The notes under the pieces: generated by a model | The model's database searches: none | Told to the model about the DNA's origin: nothing | Seen by the model: the letters and a program-made list of their open reading frames with translations, nothing else | Shown here: positions 51,016 to 64,000 of the stretch, in pieces | Position numbering within the stretch: the stretch's first letter is position 1 | How the letters are laid out: each line of letters opens with the position of its first letter | Source of the DNA: Tubiluchus corallicola | Lineage: Eukaryota > Animalia > Priapulida | Assembly (NCBI GenBank): GCA_030141605.1 | Contig: JAQGDQ010000304.1 | Location: 218,616 to 282,615 of the forward strand | DNA: 64,000 bases | Reading direction: 5' to 3' | Program-made: the position numbers and the translations under genes

Positions 51016-52279
51016 CAAATTTGTTTTGAGTTACAGTTTAAGATTGTGTGTGATTTTTCTTTAATCAAAATCTATGTGAAAATATACCCAACTAAATGAA
51101 CCAAGCAACAAAAACAACACTAAATTCAGTGAATGCAGATAGCATTTGGAAAACTAAGGAATTATTTATTAGTAAAAGCAACAGTTTTCTAATTCAATAT
51201 TAGATATGACACTTAGGAAACATTTAATTACACTTGTTATTACTAATAGTAACACCATGGTGAGAATTTGCATACAATAATTTTTTATATAAGCATGTAG
51301 TAAATTCAGTAGAACTTGTGCTAAAGCTGTATCATTACTCACATCCACAATGTAGGCTTAAAAATACCAAGCAGATATGATCAGATAAATTACTTTTTTT
51401 ATTTGCCGTGATTCATAATATTAGATATCAACTTATCCAGTTAGACTATAAGACAGGCAGGCAACTAAACAAACACGATGGAAAATATTTGAGCAATAAT
51501 GGATCAATCATGATCTAAGAATTTACAGGGTCATCCAGAAAAAACACTCTACAAAAACTTGTAAGTTAAAGAGGAGTAGTAACAATTTAACAGAACAACG
51601 ATGAATCTGTACATTTTATACACAAGTAAAAATTTGGTGGTAATTTTTGTTTTACAAGTCATAAAGGCATGTATAAAAATATAAAACTGTATTTCAATAA
51701 GAAAAAAACGAATTTTTTTCAAAATTTACAGTTTGAAACGAGAAAAACTCAGCTTTTAATATTTCTTGTTGTATATAACTTACAAAACAGCCTTGACGTG
51801 AATCATCTAGACTTTGCAAGAAAAATTAAAGATGTGCCTGAACAGAAAAACTTTGCTTCATTAATGAATTAAATTTCTGTAAAATGAGATTAATTCAGTT
51901 AGTGACCAGTTCCAACTTGTGCAAGGAAAGTACACAATGCAATTTTTCTAACTGTCAATAAAGAAATATTAAGAGGTGGATTTTGGAAAAATTAACTCTT
52001 CTTTGTTATAATGGAAATGCAATTTTAAAGATCACCTTTTTAAAAAGTTCAGCAAAAACAAAACATAAATCTACAACTAAATTTCTTTCTTGTGTATTTA
52101 TTATTATTATTAAGTATTATTCATTATTATTCTGTTAAATATTTATGTCTTTTTGACTAGCAATTTTTTATTAAAAAATCTGCATGGAATGTCTTTTCTG
52201 GAAGACTTTGTAATTTGGGGGTTCAAATTTGGGTGTTCCATGTCACAGTGTTCCATACTTAGATAAATTTATTATACAA

Positions 52280-53400
52280 AATGATTTCAATGAAATTGAA
52301 AAATGGTGCAACGAATGGTTGATGCAAAAACACTTGTTGTATGTGTTGCTTATTACAAGTGCAGAACAAATCTCACACACCATATTATATCAGTGATGTA
52401 GTAATAGAAGAAAAATCTGCTGTATGTGATTTGGGTGTCTGAGTACCCAATGACCTAAAGTGGAACACCCCACGTTAAAGGAAGAACCAACACTCGAGTA
52501 ACATTTATTGCATTTTAATGTACAATTAAAAATACTGAAATCACAATACAAAATATGAGCATAGAATGCTTTGCTTAAAAATGTAAAAGAAATTTAAATA
52601 CTTCTTATCTCCCGCCAAACGAACGTTGATGCCAGCATATTTCAAAAAATGATGCAAGCTGGATGCCCGTAAAGGTACGAGTTGCAAAATTTCTACAGTT
52701 TGCTTAGAAGTTCCGTAATTCTAATGTTGTCTTTAACTGCGTTTATCTAGAATTAGTCATTCGATCAACTATGATCACATTTAAAGTGATTACATTGCTT
52801 TAATCTACAGGATTACACCTTAAAATGTATAAGTAATGAACATTAATTGTGTAAATATTCAATTTACAGATTTTTACTGACTTTTTGATGCACATGTATG
52901 TAAACTTGCCAGCACGTAGTAGGTGCCAGGCTGGTTATTTAGTTTATAGAGTTCGCTCTAGAATGAACGTGCCCAAGCATAAAGCAATCAGGATTTTAAA
53001 TTGATTTTACTAATTACACAAGATGCTTATCACAATTTTATTGCTGAAACTTTTTAATATTTGTCTCAGGTATTACAAAAATCTAAACTTCCCGAGAGAC
53101 TTTGCTTTTGCTTTAATCATATAATAGCGTAGACCAATCATCGCATTAGTATGACCAAAGATCATCATTTCAAGATCGGCTAATGTTATAGTTCTGCTAT
53201 ACAAAGCTACTGTTCATCCTATTTTGGAATTTGCATCAGTAGTGTGGTTAGTGCAGTATGTAAACTGAAAGATGCATTGTAGAAAAATCAAAACAGATGT
53301 ATGAGATTAGCCCTTGGTGTAAATCCTGCAGTATTATGTCCACTTTGGAACTGTTGATGTTGTCAATTGCTACAAAATTGTGAATTGTGAATTAAAACAG
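52280..53400 (+). mobile_element. Decayed LINE (CR1/L2-like) reverse transcriptase C-terminal remnant
   Basis: Fragments translate as EIEKWCNEWLMQ (~52292), VCDLGV...NDLKWNT (~52422-52470) and LLYKATVHPILEFASVVW (~53194-53247), typical CR1/L2-group ORF2 motifs, interrupted by stops and insertions. Confidence 0.75.
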
Positions 53401-53472
53401 TTTTCCAAGAATAATATTTTTTTCAAGACCACACCAAGAACTATGATGCCATACATCCAAACTCTTTATATA

Positions 53473-53619
53473 TCTAACCAATTGTCGCCACCATTTTTGG
53501 ACCCATCCATGGAACTTTTCCCCAACAAAAAACTTCACAGAAAACTTTTTTGCCAGAAAAATTTACTCCCCAGAAAAAACTTTCTGAGTATGAGGGACCG
53601 TACACGAGTCGAGTTCTAG
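53473..53619 (+). mobile_element. Possible small non-autonomous Helitron-like element
   Basis: Starts TC after A, has internal CAGAAAA repeats, and ends with an imperfect GC hairpin (GACCGTACACGAGTC) followed by CTAG. The base after CTAG is G rather than the canonical T. Confidence 0.3.
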
Positions 53620-53639
53620 GTCCTGATTTCATTGTAAAA

Positions 53640-54100
53640 AAGTTTTTGTTAAGGGCAAAGTAAATAAGCTTTGTCATGGCCTGGTCTATGTAATGTAAAT
53701 GTTTGATTTGTGTGGCCCGTGTTAGAATATTATCAATAAATAGCCCTAAGTATTTCATTTTTTGGATCGTTCAATTACTTGATACATTAGGTGAAATTAG
53801 CATGTATTTTATCTTTTTATAATTTAATGTCAGTTATGGCTTGCATCCAAGCAGTGTCGTTTACCATTTCATCATTAACTATTTGTTGTAGATGGTACCT
53901 GTTGTAGGTTAATATCTGATCAAAACAGGGTAGTATCACCAACAAACATTCTTGTATGAAATCTGGAACGTCTCCAGACTGAAAGTCTATAATTCATAAT
54001 TATAAGGCATCAAGTAGTCTGGGTTTTTAAATTTGCATTGCTTTTGTCAATCATTCTTATTTTGGTATGAAAATAATTGTATTTTGATAATTTGTATGGG
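53640..54100 (-). mobile_element. Second decayed LINE RT remnant, opposite orientation
   Basis: Minus strand gives MKYLGLFIDNILTRATQIKHL (KYLGxxIDxxLxWxxHI motif), preceded by a decayed LNYKK.KYMLIS-like segment. Confidence 0.65.
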
Positions 54101-57100
54101 CAACAACAATGTCCACTCCAAATTTTCTTGACAACTGTTGCAGTAACGCCTCTTAGTTTTCACTTTGGGCGAAAGTGTTCTGATATACGTTCCAATCATA
54201 GCTAACACTGGCCGCTTTTAAGCAAGATCGCCATTCGTGAATAACTGACTATGAATTGTAAGCTCCATTAACGTGTTATTTTATTACTTAGGCTTACCAA
54301 GCACCACAATTTTGCATCACCACTTAATATTGAATTAATTGAATATAATAGAAATGTTACCTGATATTGTCGCGAAGGTGCTTCGTGTGCTCTTCACAAG
54401 TTTTGCACGCAATAAATTAATAATAATAATGGCAGCATTTTATGTTTATAACTTTCGCAGAAGCAGTCACATAAACGTCCAAAACATAAATGTTACCGCC
54501 AGACGTAACTAATGGATATTGCACGTAGTATTGAAGATCCTTGGCAAAACTTACATTCTAACCACAGTTATGGAATAATGAAAACGGCATGTAAAAAGCT
54601 GCGGAGGCTATCCCGTGCACACTTGACACTAACGACAATATCGTTAACACTAATGTAGAAAATATAAGCTGGAACACTGAGTTGCGATAATTAAAGAAGA
54701 AAACAAAATTATTATTATTGTATTCTGTCATAATTTTTACAGTTTCCAAAAATTAGATGATGCTAAAAATTCTTAACAGTATAATTAAATTAATAATATT
54801 ATTGACTTTAACAATGTTTGTGGTGCTGATGTTATTGATAAAAGTATGGCCATAGTTAAAGAATTCACAGTCACCTACACAGAAAACTTTAATGCAATGA
54901 CGTATATCCAGTGAAAGAGGTTTGAAAAAATGTGCCAGATACTTAAACATGAAGTATATGCCAATCGCAAGGCACAGCATAGGCCATTGAAGAACTGAAG
55001 GCCACAGGTCATCCAAAATGCGGCATGGTCTCAATTCAAGTTCTTGCACTGACTAACTGATGATCTCAGAAGAGACACTAACAGTTGGCACATTGCACAT
55101 GGATATCTGGAATCGGGCCCCATCATCCTGGGCTGCAGCGAATGAACGCGCTTTAGTTTTCAAAACTTTATTACATCAGAAAAAACTTACAAAGTTACAA
55201 AATATCTCAAATCATTTGTGTAGAGCATTCTCACATATATCTGTGAAATTATGTTTAATTGCTTATGCAACGGCTGCAAAATAAAGATTTTAGACGACAA
55301 TAGACGTGACGGGCGTATGATGATGATGAAGTATGCAAAACTACAATACAATAAAATCACACACACAAAATTTATGGTTTTAGAAATTAATTTATTTTAC
55401 AAAGTTCACATTAGATAAATATGCACAGTGACAACAATAACAATGGTTAAACAAAAACGAAATGTGTTCAACTTAAATAAGGGTACTTATAAGATGGACA
55501 GATAACAATATAATCAATTTACAGCAAACACAATTGTTTCACGTCACCATTACTAAAACGTGTTCATAATATTATTTTATAAAATCTGTGTACATTTGTT
55601 TCACGATCTTTTTGTTAGAATTGTGTTTAGAAAATGTGAAATAGCTACAGGCACATACAAAAAACTCTTTCTATTCTACAAATAACACATTATAAAGCAT
55701 AGTACTAATCAATGACACAGGTAAAAAGGCTTTGATAGAGACAAGCTTGAAAAGTTTGAACACTACAAATCTCAGCAAGAACATATCTAAATTTCAATTC
55801 TGAGGCAAATTAATAACAATTAGTTTTGCTATCATTTCTCAATTAAGCTTTAGTCATCTAAAGAATGTATCAAATAAGAATTTCAATCAAAACTAAAACA
55901 AAAGTTAGTACTGTCACAATCATGCAGCAAAAATGTATGAAAATGAAAATAGAGAAACTGTAAGACAGTACATGCAAGAGTTTTTTGAAAAAAGTCAAAA
56001 TAAATTTGCCTGGAATTTTTTTTACCAGATTTATGCCAATGCAAATTTTAGGTCTAAGCTGATACTTCAAGACTAAGTCAAGACTTTCAGGGGCGCAGCA
56101 AGGGGTGTCACAAAACTTTCATAGCATGGGTACAGTAGGCAAATATTGTTGTCTAATTTTCACGTCGACAAATGTCATAAGCACAGTGACGTATAATTTC
56201 TGACATTTTGCATGTATTTTTTTATATGTGGTATGATGTTTACATTTTCATTGTTTTAGAAATCATTATGCGGGCAGCTGTTTGATGCCAGCATGTGATT
56301 TTCGTAACATTATTTTATCGAACGTTTAAATGCTGTTCAACACGTTTGTGTATCTTCCTAACAGAAGGCAAAATGCTCGATGTAATTTAATATTCCATCA
56401 AAGCACTGCTTATAGTGATTACTGTTGAGTTTGCTACAGAGTAGGACGATAATTAGTATTTTAATATCTTTGTAATATTTTTCTTTTCTTTGTTTTCAAA
56501 AAATTTCTGCACAGTATACATCTTGAGATTACAATGAAGTAGATTTATAATCATGTTCTTTCCCACGTTAATATTTGAAGAGTTGCCAAGTGGGCTTATC
56601 ATATCTTTGAAGCATACAGGGAAAATAAGGTAAGTAAGGTTGACAAGACAGAGAGATTTGTCAAACATTTACACATGCAAGTATAATTGACTTACTCAAG
56701 AATGTAAATAAAATACAATTTTGTGTAATCATATACTAAATATTATGCCATACTTCAAATATGTTACAATTTGCGTATTAACAATGGACAACAACAGTTT
56801 GGATGGAAGCAGTTGCATGGATGGAACATATTTGCTAACCGTTGTACAACATAATTAAATTATTATGGCATATATGTTCAACTGTAAGAACTAGAAAACA
56901 TAAATTACACATTTCTTACAGCTTTTATTATCTAATTACGGTGATACCTTGATCACATCTTCAATCACTTAGCAATTACAATATAACTAAATAGTGATCA
57001 AAAGTTAATTTGTCCATTGAACTGCTGTGTGTCATTCACTTCATTTTCAGGTATATATAAACTGAAAGAAAAAGGTCACAACACAATTCACAAGAACCTA

Positions 57101-57557
57101 TTCTATCTATAGACAAACAATCGAATAGTTCCCACGTTATGCTTTACAACCTTGAACTTTATTGAAAAGCAACGCTAGAAATGCTAATCAAGCAAGATGT
57201 GATGATCCTGGATCCAGATAAAACTAATCTACAAAATGACGGGCAATTCTTTCTCATATATTAATACATCTATTTGTTGGTACCATGCACATTACACTGG
57301 TTTTTTTATTATAATTAAAAAATTGCTAAATAATCCTTAAAATGTGTAAAGTGAGACTACATATTTTAGTTAAGAATAAGGAACAACAGACAGCTAAAAC
57401 CACAGCTCTCTTACATATATATTACAGTTAAATTTGTTATGTTCCATGAATATCTACAGAAATCTAAAATGCTAAATCAATAGTTAATAACTTATTTTAC
57501 AAACGATCTCCATTTCAGATCCTTGTATAATAGTGACGCACACACACAAACCTTATA

Positions 57558-60500
57558 CTAGGAAATGACACAACTTTTCCTGCAACTCGTAGGTGACTCA
57601 CTTGGATTCAATATTTTGCGTTTATGTTTGTCGTAGTTCTTCGTCATATACCTGAAAAAATTTATTGTCTGTATTATGTAAATTTGAAACGAAATCCGGA
57701 ATATGATGCAATTTCAATTAAGATCAACTTAAGCGATAAGAAACAATGTTTTGAGGAAGTCTCCCTTATCAGTCATCAGGTTTGAATTTGTAAGAAATGT
57801 AATGTAATGCTGCTATTACAAACAGTATACAATGTTCAGTGCTAAACTGTGCGATGGATGTTTTACGGAAATTTTGCTTTTTATACATGTGTAACAATAT
57901 GTTTAACATTAATCTCCAAGAGGAGCAGCCTAGTGGTGGCAGCGTATGCTTAGCCTTAAAATGAAGTAGTGCATAAACTGGGAAGTAAATGGATGGGTGA
58001 CAGCTAGACAACCTGCTTCTGAGCTGTTTTTGACCTGCCATACTCTTCTAGAGTCTAGACCATTTCACTTATCAAGGAAAGACGTGTATACTACTGAATA
58101 CGACTAATGCATTTCCAGTGTTTCATGATGCACACGTTATCAAAGAGCTAGATTCCAGTGTAGCCACAGAGGATCCAGGCTTGCAGTGTGTTGAACTATA
58201 TAAAAAACCTATAATTTTTTGGAGGTATAGTATACATTAACAGTAAATAAAGCACTGAAATATTTTTCACAAGGTGAAATGGCAAACTGAAGGAAATATG
58301 TTATTTTGGTTATTAGGGCCAGTGCTAGGAAGTGAGCGGGGCCCAATTAGAAAAGTGTTAGTGGGCCTTCTACCCTACAAAACCTGAAGATTGACATTTT
58401 ATGCTTCACGTAGTGGGCCAGTCTAAGCCAAAAAGCGTTGAGGGCTTGAGGCTCCAGCATTAGCCTAAGTTATATACTAAAAATCGAAAGCCCATATGAA
58501 AGTTTGAATGTTTTATTACAAATCAAGATAATTACTGACATAGTGCTTATGCATAGGCCTTCTAAAAACAGTTTTTCTGGCTTTTTAATCTGAGAAATCT
58601 TTCAATGTCATTTCATAGTCAATACTTTTTGTAATGTCATTTCCTGTAGATAACATCGCCAAATTGTTGGCTGTAGGTATGTTTTCATCTGTGCTGAGGG
58701 TTTGAATATCACCCACAAATTAGTAAAATTAAAATCCAATGACGATCTAGCTAATGCAAATAAGACAATAAACTGAAATTACACAACAAATAAATAAAAG
58801 ATCAGCAAAAACACTTTGAAATATAAATATTGAAACACTGAGTGAATAGTTTGTGCACACTGGACACTCCTTAATTCATCATAGCGCCCTCGGAATCTAC
58901 AACGGGCCTCCTCTCGACGCCTGTCTAATTAGTTTAAAACCTGCCCTATGTATAAGTTTCTCCGAAAAAGTAAATAATGGGATATTACAGCAGACGAAAA
59001 TGTCCAGAAGCAATTTTCCAGGATCACCTATTCATTTGCTAACCGAGCCCAACAATATTAACTTGGGTCATTCAAATTACACTGTCCCCACTCAGCTAAT
59101 GTCAGCTGATAATAAAATATAATAATAAACAGACATTCAGAATAATTCAAGCCAACTGTTTCTTATAATGGCTGTCAATGATAATTCCCTAAGATTACTT
59201 CCTTGTGATCAATGTACAGTTATACATGTTAACATGAATAAACACTATTTTGAAAATCTTACCTCTGCATTTGCAGTCTAGTCTGGTTAGTCATTGAGTA
59301 AGACTTTAAGTAACATTTGAGGGAGGTAGGCAGGGGCAGCTGCTCAATACTGTACATCGTTGTCTTAGCAACCAAAACCCGACAACAAGCTTCTTGTAAG
59401 GACAATACTGAAAAAGAAAAAGTATTTTTGTTATAAAGCAGACTTGTTTTATGGAGTAGGAATTTGGTGCAAACAACTCTTCTTAATTATTTCGATTGTT
59501 TAAAAAGCTGACCTACTTTTCATTTTTTACCAAAAATGTTAACATATTTCAACATTTACCTTTATTATGCTTCCACAGTCGATCCATCCCATTTCGCTTC
59601 AGTACTAGACGTGACAACTCTGTGAGAGACTCGACTATGTTAAAATCACAAAGGGGACTGACTTCAAAGAATGCCATGCCATTTTTAATAGCATAAACTG
59701 CAGCTTGCTCTTCAGAGATTTGTCGCTTGTAGGCTAAGTGCAGTCTGTTGCCGACTAGAATCTTTGGTACTCCAGGAGCATGCTAAATTAAAGAATAAAA
59801 GTGTTCACTATTAATAATATACCTATTATATATATGTATGTGTATGGAAGATGCAGTTAATTCTAAAATTAAATGCTCAACAAAAAAAACACAAAAATTT
59901 TTCTACAAGTGATAACCTATTTTGCACAAACACTTACAAAAGCAACATACGCTAATGTAAAATTTTATTTTCTTGTGTCTTGTTCTTACACACATTTAAA
60001 CAGAGTACAGTGCGCAAAATAACAGTGTCTAATAACCCATCCAAATAGATATCAGTCTCACGATGCAGATCTAAAGCAAAATGCAACAGACTTGCCTCTT
60101 CTATTTCTTTAATCCATCTGTCTATACCATCAAATGACCACTTATTAGTAATATCATAGACAAGTAAAATCCCCTGAAAAGCACGAAAAATAATTAAAAT
60201 AAAAATTTTAAATTTATATATAAATATTAATTAGAGTTATTACCTTTCTTGTTGCCACACTAGTGTTTAAGAACATATGTAAACCACATTCTGTTAAATA
60301 CATTTTTTTATGCAACAACAGTACACTAATAAAAATTTGTTAATACGGACACTATCACAAGATTATGGAACCTTCATATTTCAGTAAATGTGTCAATAGT
60401 TTTAAACAGGTGTTTAAGAAGAGTTCTAGAACGAGAATAATTTCCGCATGCAAATCAGTATAAAAAGCTAGAAATCCAGTCTTCAAGCGATGATAATAGA

Positions 60501-63500
60501 ACATTGAAATACATATCAACTGTGGTTAGCATGCTGACATGATAAATTTACAGGTAAAAAGTTTTTAAAAACTATGAGTAGTGTCAATCAAATTTACCTG
60601 TGCACCCCTAGAATATGATCGGATGATTGTACAAAATCGTCCCTGACCAGATGTGTCCCTAAAAATATATAAAAATCCAAAAAATTGGTCAACAGAGAGA
60701 CTACAAGAAAGAATTGGAAGTTAATGGTTGTACAAAATACTCAACAAGCAATGCAGGACGCTAATAATATATAAAGCACTTGAAAAACTGCAAAGCATTA
60801 TGTTCACTAGCTTTAAGTGGTCTTGTATTAACTAACAACCTTAAAACTAGTTATTGTTTTAGTGAAACACAACTAATTTATTCATTAGCTGGAGGTGTTT
60901 ACCATGATCTCCTTTTAGTAATGTACTGTAACAATAGAAACATCCTGTTTGCGCTCAGTTTAAACAATCTATTAAGCCATAAGACAAAAGAAGAACTTAC
61001 CAAAGTTGCAATTTCACTCGTTTACCATCCATGAGAATGGTGGTGGTTTTGTACTGAACACCTAAAAAATTAATTTGGGTTTATTAGTGGAAGACTGGTG
61101 TGGGAATTGTTGGATTGTATAATTAATCATTTTATCAGCACACAGGTCAAACCTTAATGATATTCAATGCCTCAAAAGTAAAATCAAACTGGTTTAACTG
61201 GATGAGGTATCAATAATCCATCAATTTCAAACAAACGTCTTTTTACGGCAAATAATGTTTTAGACTAAATATACTTAATTACATAAAAGGCATAGGAATT
61301 GTCATCAATTAATCATAACTCAAGTTCAGAATAAGGAACATTTCAAGTAGTAACTTAATATAGCTAGATAACTTTTTGTACAGTTTTGTGATATACAAAA
61401 ATAACTAATTTGTAGCAGGCTAAACTGATAAAGATACTTTTCTAATTTCCAGAAAATTTTAACAGAAAGTCAGTTAGGCCCATGTAGAGGTGCAATTTTC
61501 ACTTTGCAACAAAAAGTTGCAAAACTTGTGAATAACTAAAGTCTATGAGAGTGCATAGACATATACAACCATAAATTATGCAACAAAAAGTTGCCATCTA
61601 GGTTTAAATTTTTAGTTTCATAATAACATACAGACTGTTTTGTGAATTATTGTTTTGAATGAAGATGTACAGACATGCAATTTTTAATTGCAAAACTTAC
61701 TGCATGACCAAGGGAGAAACCTATCCACAAAGGTAGTGCTGTTCGTCACTAGCTTACACTAAATAATTTCCAATAGGACGAAGGTTGCAAAAATTGCATA
61801 AAAATAAAACTCTGGGTAGAACTTCTAGCAAGGTTCAGAAAGGCTTAAAAACATGCCCAATTAAGTTGGAAATCAAGTCAATTTCTATTTTTCAAAGCTC
61901 TTTCCCACTCCCATGAATTATGTCCGTTTTCCAAGACCACGAAAAATAGGAGGCCATACAGGGATAAGAGTTGTTTCTTAGAAAGTAATGTTTTCTCCAT
62001 TTTTAGTGAAAAAAGGTAACGTAAAACCCAATAATTCACAAAAAATCATCAAAACGTATTGGCTTCATACAATAGTAACTCGGGAATTCATTTGGGTGAA
62101 CCTATAAGGTAGCACACAGCATAAACGTTGTTTTGTCGGTAATCGCTGGTTAGTTATTGGGTGAGGCATGGTGGGGTTAATTTCAGTATATTTCACCATC
62201 TACTTCTCTTAATGTGACTGTATCGGTCATCGACTTCTCAGTTACTAATAAAAAGTGTTAGAATAAAACAGAGTTTAGGCAATGCTTGTTAGCAAAACAT
62301 CTTCACCAGTACAACCTCAAGATATTAAACAATAAATTTATACTTAGGTAAAAAATACTAGCGTTATGTGAATAATAATTTCTTTGTTCTTAGTTACCAA
62401 TAATATTAATAATAATAAGATGAAAGGATAAAAGAATGAAATATACCTACGTACAAAATGCACACATATATATATTTCGTTCTTTTATCCCTTTTATATA
62501 CACACACAAATAATACACATTTTATATAGTTATATATAAAACCAAACTACAGTAGCTACATGGCTAGTGATGGCTACAGCTGTCTACACATTGTTAGATA
62601 TTACCATATATCTACACGCGGTCCTACACTGTAACAGAGTTCTTACTCTTTACCTCTAACCCTAACGCAGAAAATGAATGTTCAAACATAATGAATAGTT
62701 TTTAGATAAGAATATAGTAAAGTAGCAAATAAAAAATCCGACTTTGTCAATCGATGCAGAATTTATTCTGTTGTATTGATGCAAAAATTTCATGATCAAT
62801 TGCGAATTGGCCTCAGACTGCGTTTCGAAAGAGAAACAAAAATTACAATATAGTGCCGATAGAGGATGCCACTGGAGGTTGAGGTGTGTCGGAAGTCGTA
62901 TGATAGTCTTTTTTATTTTCCAGTAAGTTCTCACTTTTTTACTAAACCGTTGCCTGTTTCTATGCTGGGATGCATGGTAGTAGGTAAAAATAATTGCTTT
63001 CTGGCAACTCGAAAATGAAAATATTTTGGTAAAACGCCTATTCCTTGTTCGTTTTCGCGATGCTGATGTCAACTTTTAAAAATCTATTTTTTTAACTAAG
63101 TAAGAGGTAAATCGTTATTTTCTTTACATTGTGCAGATAAAGGATATTTCTTTCTATTGGAACACTGCTTTCAGTGATACTTTTGATTTGGGCAATGTGG
63201 GACTACATTCAAAAATAACCACCTAATCTGCAACTACCCATTTAGCCACCTCTTAAAAGCATAAGAAGTCCTTGCACATATTCTAATGGAGGTTTTTCTC
63301 TAATTTGCTTAACTGCATTTTCGTAGAGTCTCACTCATTTTAATTATAACTGGCAACTCTAAAATGTCTTTCCGGAGGAAACACCATATTATATAAATGG
63401 AAATTACATTGGTAAAGGTTTTTTTATTTTACATACCCAATGTGCTGTTAGGAAAAGGTGATTCACTAGACGCATCTTCAAGAACATTCAAAATTTCACT

Positions 63501-63683
63501 TTTGCCAACGTCACTGTCACCAACCAACAAAAATTTTAATAAATAATCATAGTTTTTGCAAGAAGGAGCACGAGGTAATGAGGAATAGTTTGGCGAGGAT
63601 GCACTGGAAGCCACAGGGGACTGAGGAGAGCTAACACTCATTGACCCACCACTGCTGATACGCGAATTCAGAGACTGCAACAT
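57558..63683 (-). CDS. RAB40: Ras-related protein Rab40 (Rab GTPase + SOCS box + CaaX), 302 aa
   Basis: Exons (-) 63683-63437, 61061-61001, 60658-60598, 60173-60096, 59782-59560, 59407-59263, 57651-57558; 909 nt in frame. Motifs: [21 protein letters not shown]; [22 protein letters not shown]; [17 protein letters not shown]; SOCS box [10 protein letters not shown]...[14 protein letters not shown]; C-terminal CVIS*. The start may instead be the ATG at 63641. Confidence 0.95.
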
Positions 63684-64000
63684 AATCAGCAATAATGTTT
63701 AATGGTAACATATTCTTCAAAAGTTTGCCTGTCTATCGTAATGCTTTCAATTACACTACAGTGCTTTACACAACTACAGCGTCGCAAACTGATACAAAAA
63801 AACAAATTTCGACACTTTCTATAAACAAACATGGCGACAAATTGATGTAAAGCACTGTCTGCCATCTATTAGACATTTATAAATACAACCTTGTGCACTT
63901 TAGACGACTACTGCTATCGCAAAGCGGATATAGTAAATATAATGGAAATTGAATGAAATATGAAAGAATTGAAATGCAATTACAAAGGAAACAAATGGGA

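Noticed and set aside
54558-55284. Cluster of 63-98 aa ORFs between FAM102 and Rab40
   Set aside because: No recognisable domain or consistent splice pattern; likely promoter/UTR sequence or decayed repeat.
62662-63072. 136-aa minus-strand ORF in Rab40 intron 1
   Set aside because: Non-ATG start, AT-biased composition and no recognisable motif.

Overview
AT-rich, intron-containing animal genomic DNA. It is probably from a lophotrochozoan invertebrate, which I infer from the RAR sequence and have not verified. Five genes were reconstructed by hand from splice sites and translation: (1) the 3' end of a beta-lactamase/serine-hydrolase-like gene (+, runs off the left edge); (2) a thyroid hormone receptor-like NR1A gene (+, 8 coding exons, 408 aa) with a canonical TR DNA-binding domain but a strongly remodelled ligand pocket; (3) a retinoic acid receptor NR1B gene (-, 10 coding exons, 447 aa), tail-to-tail with the TR only 1.57 kb away; (4) FAM102/EEIG (-, 8 coding exons, 367 aa); (5) Rab40 (-, 7 coding exons, 302 aa, one GC-AG intron). 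RAR is preceded by about 18 kb with no recognisable coding exons, containing a GA microsatellite and a dense cluster of nuclear-receptor half-sites. Mobile DNA includes two copies of a ~1 kb decayed THAP-domain element at the TR locus, two LINE reverse-transcriptase remnants and several MITE-like pieces. The most notable system is the convergent TR-RAR pair: both receptors have altered ligand pockets, their candidate poly(A) signals nearly abut, and candidate cross- or auto-regulatory elements lie nearby.
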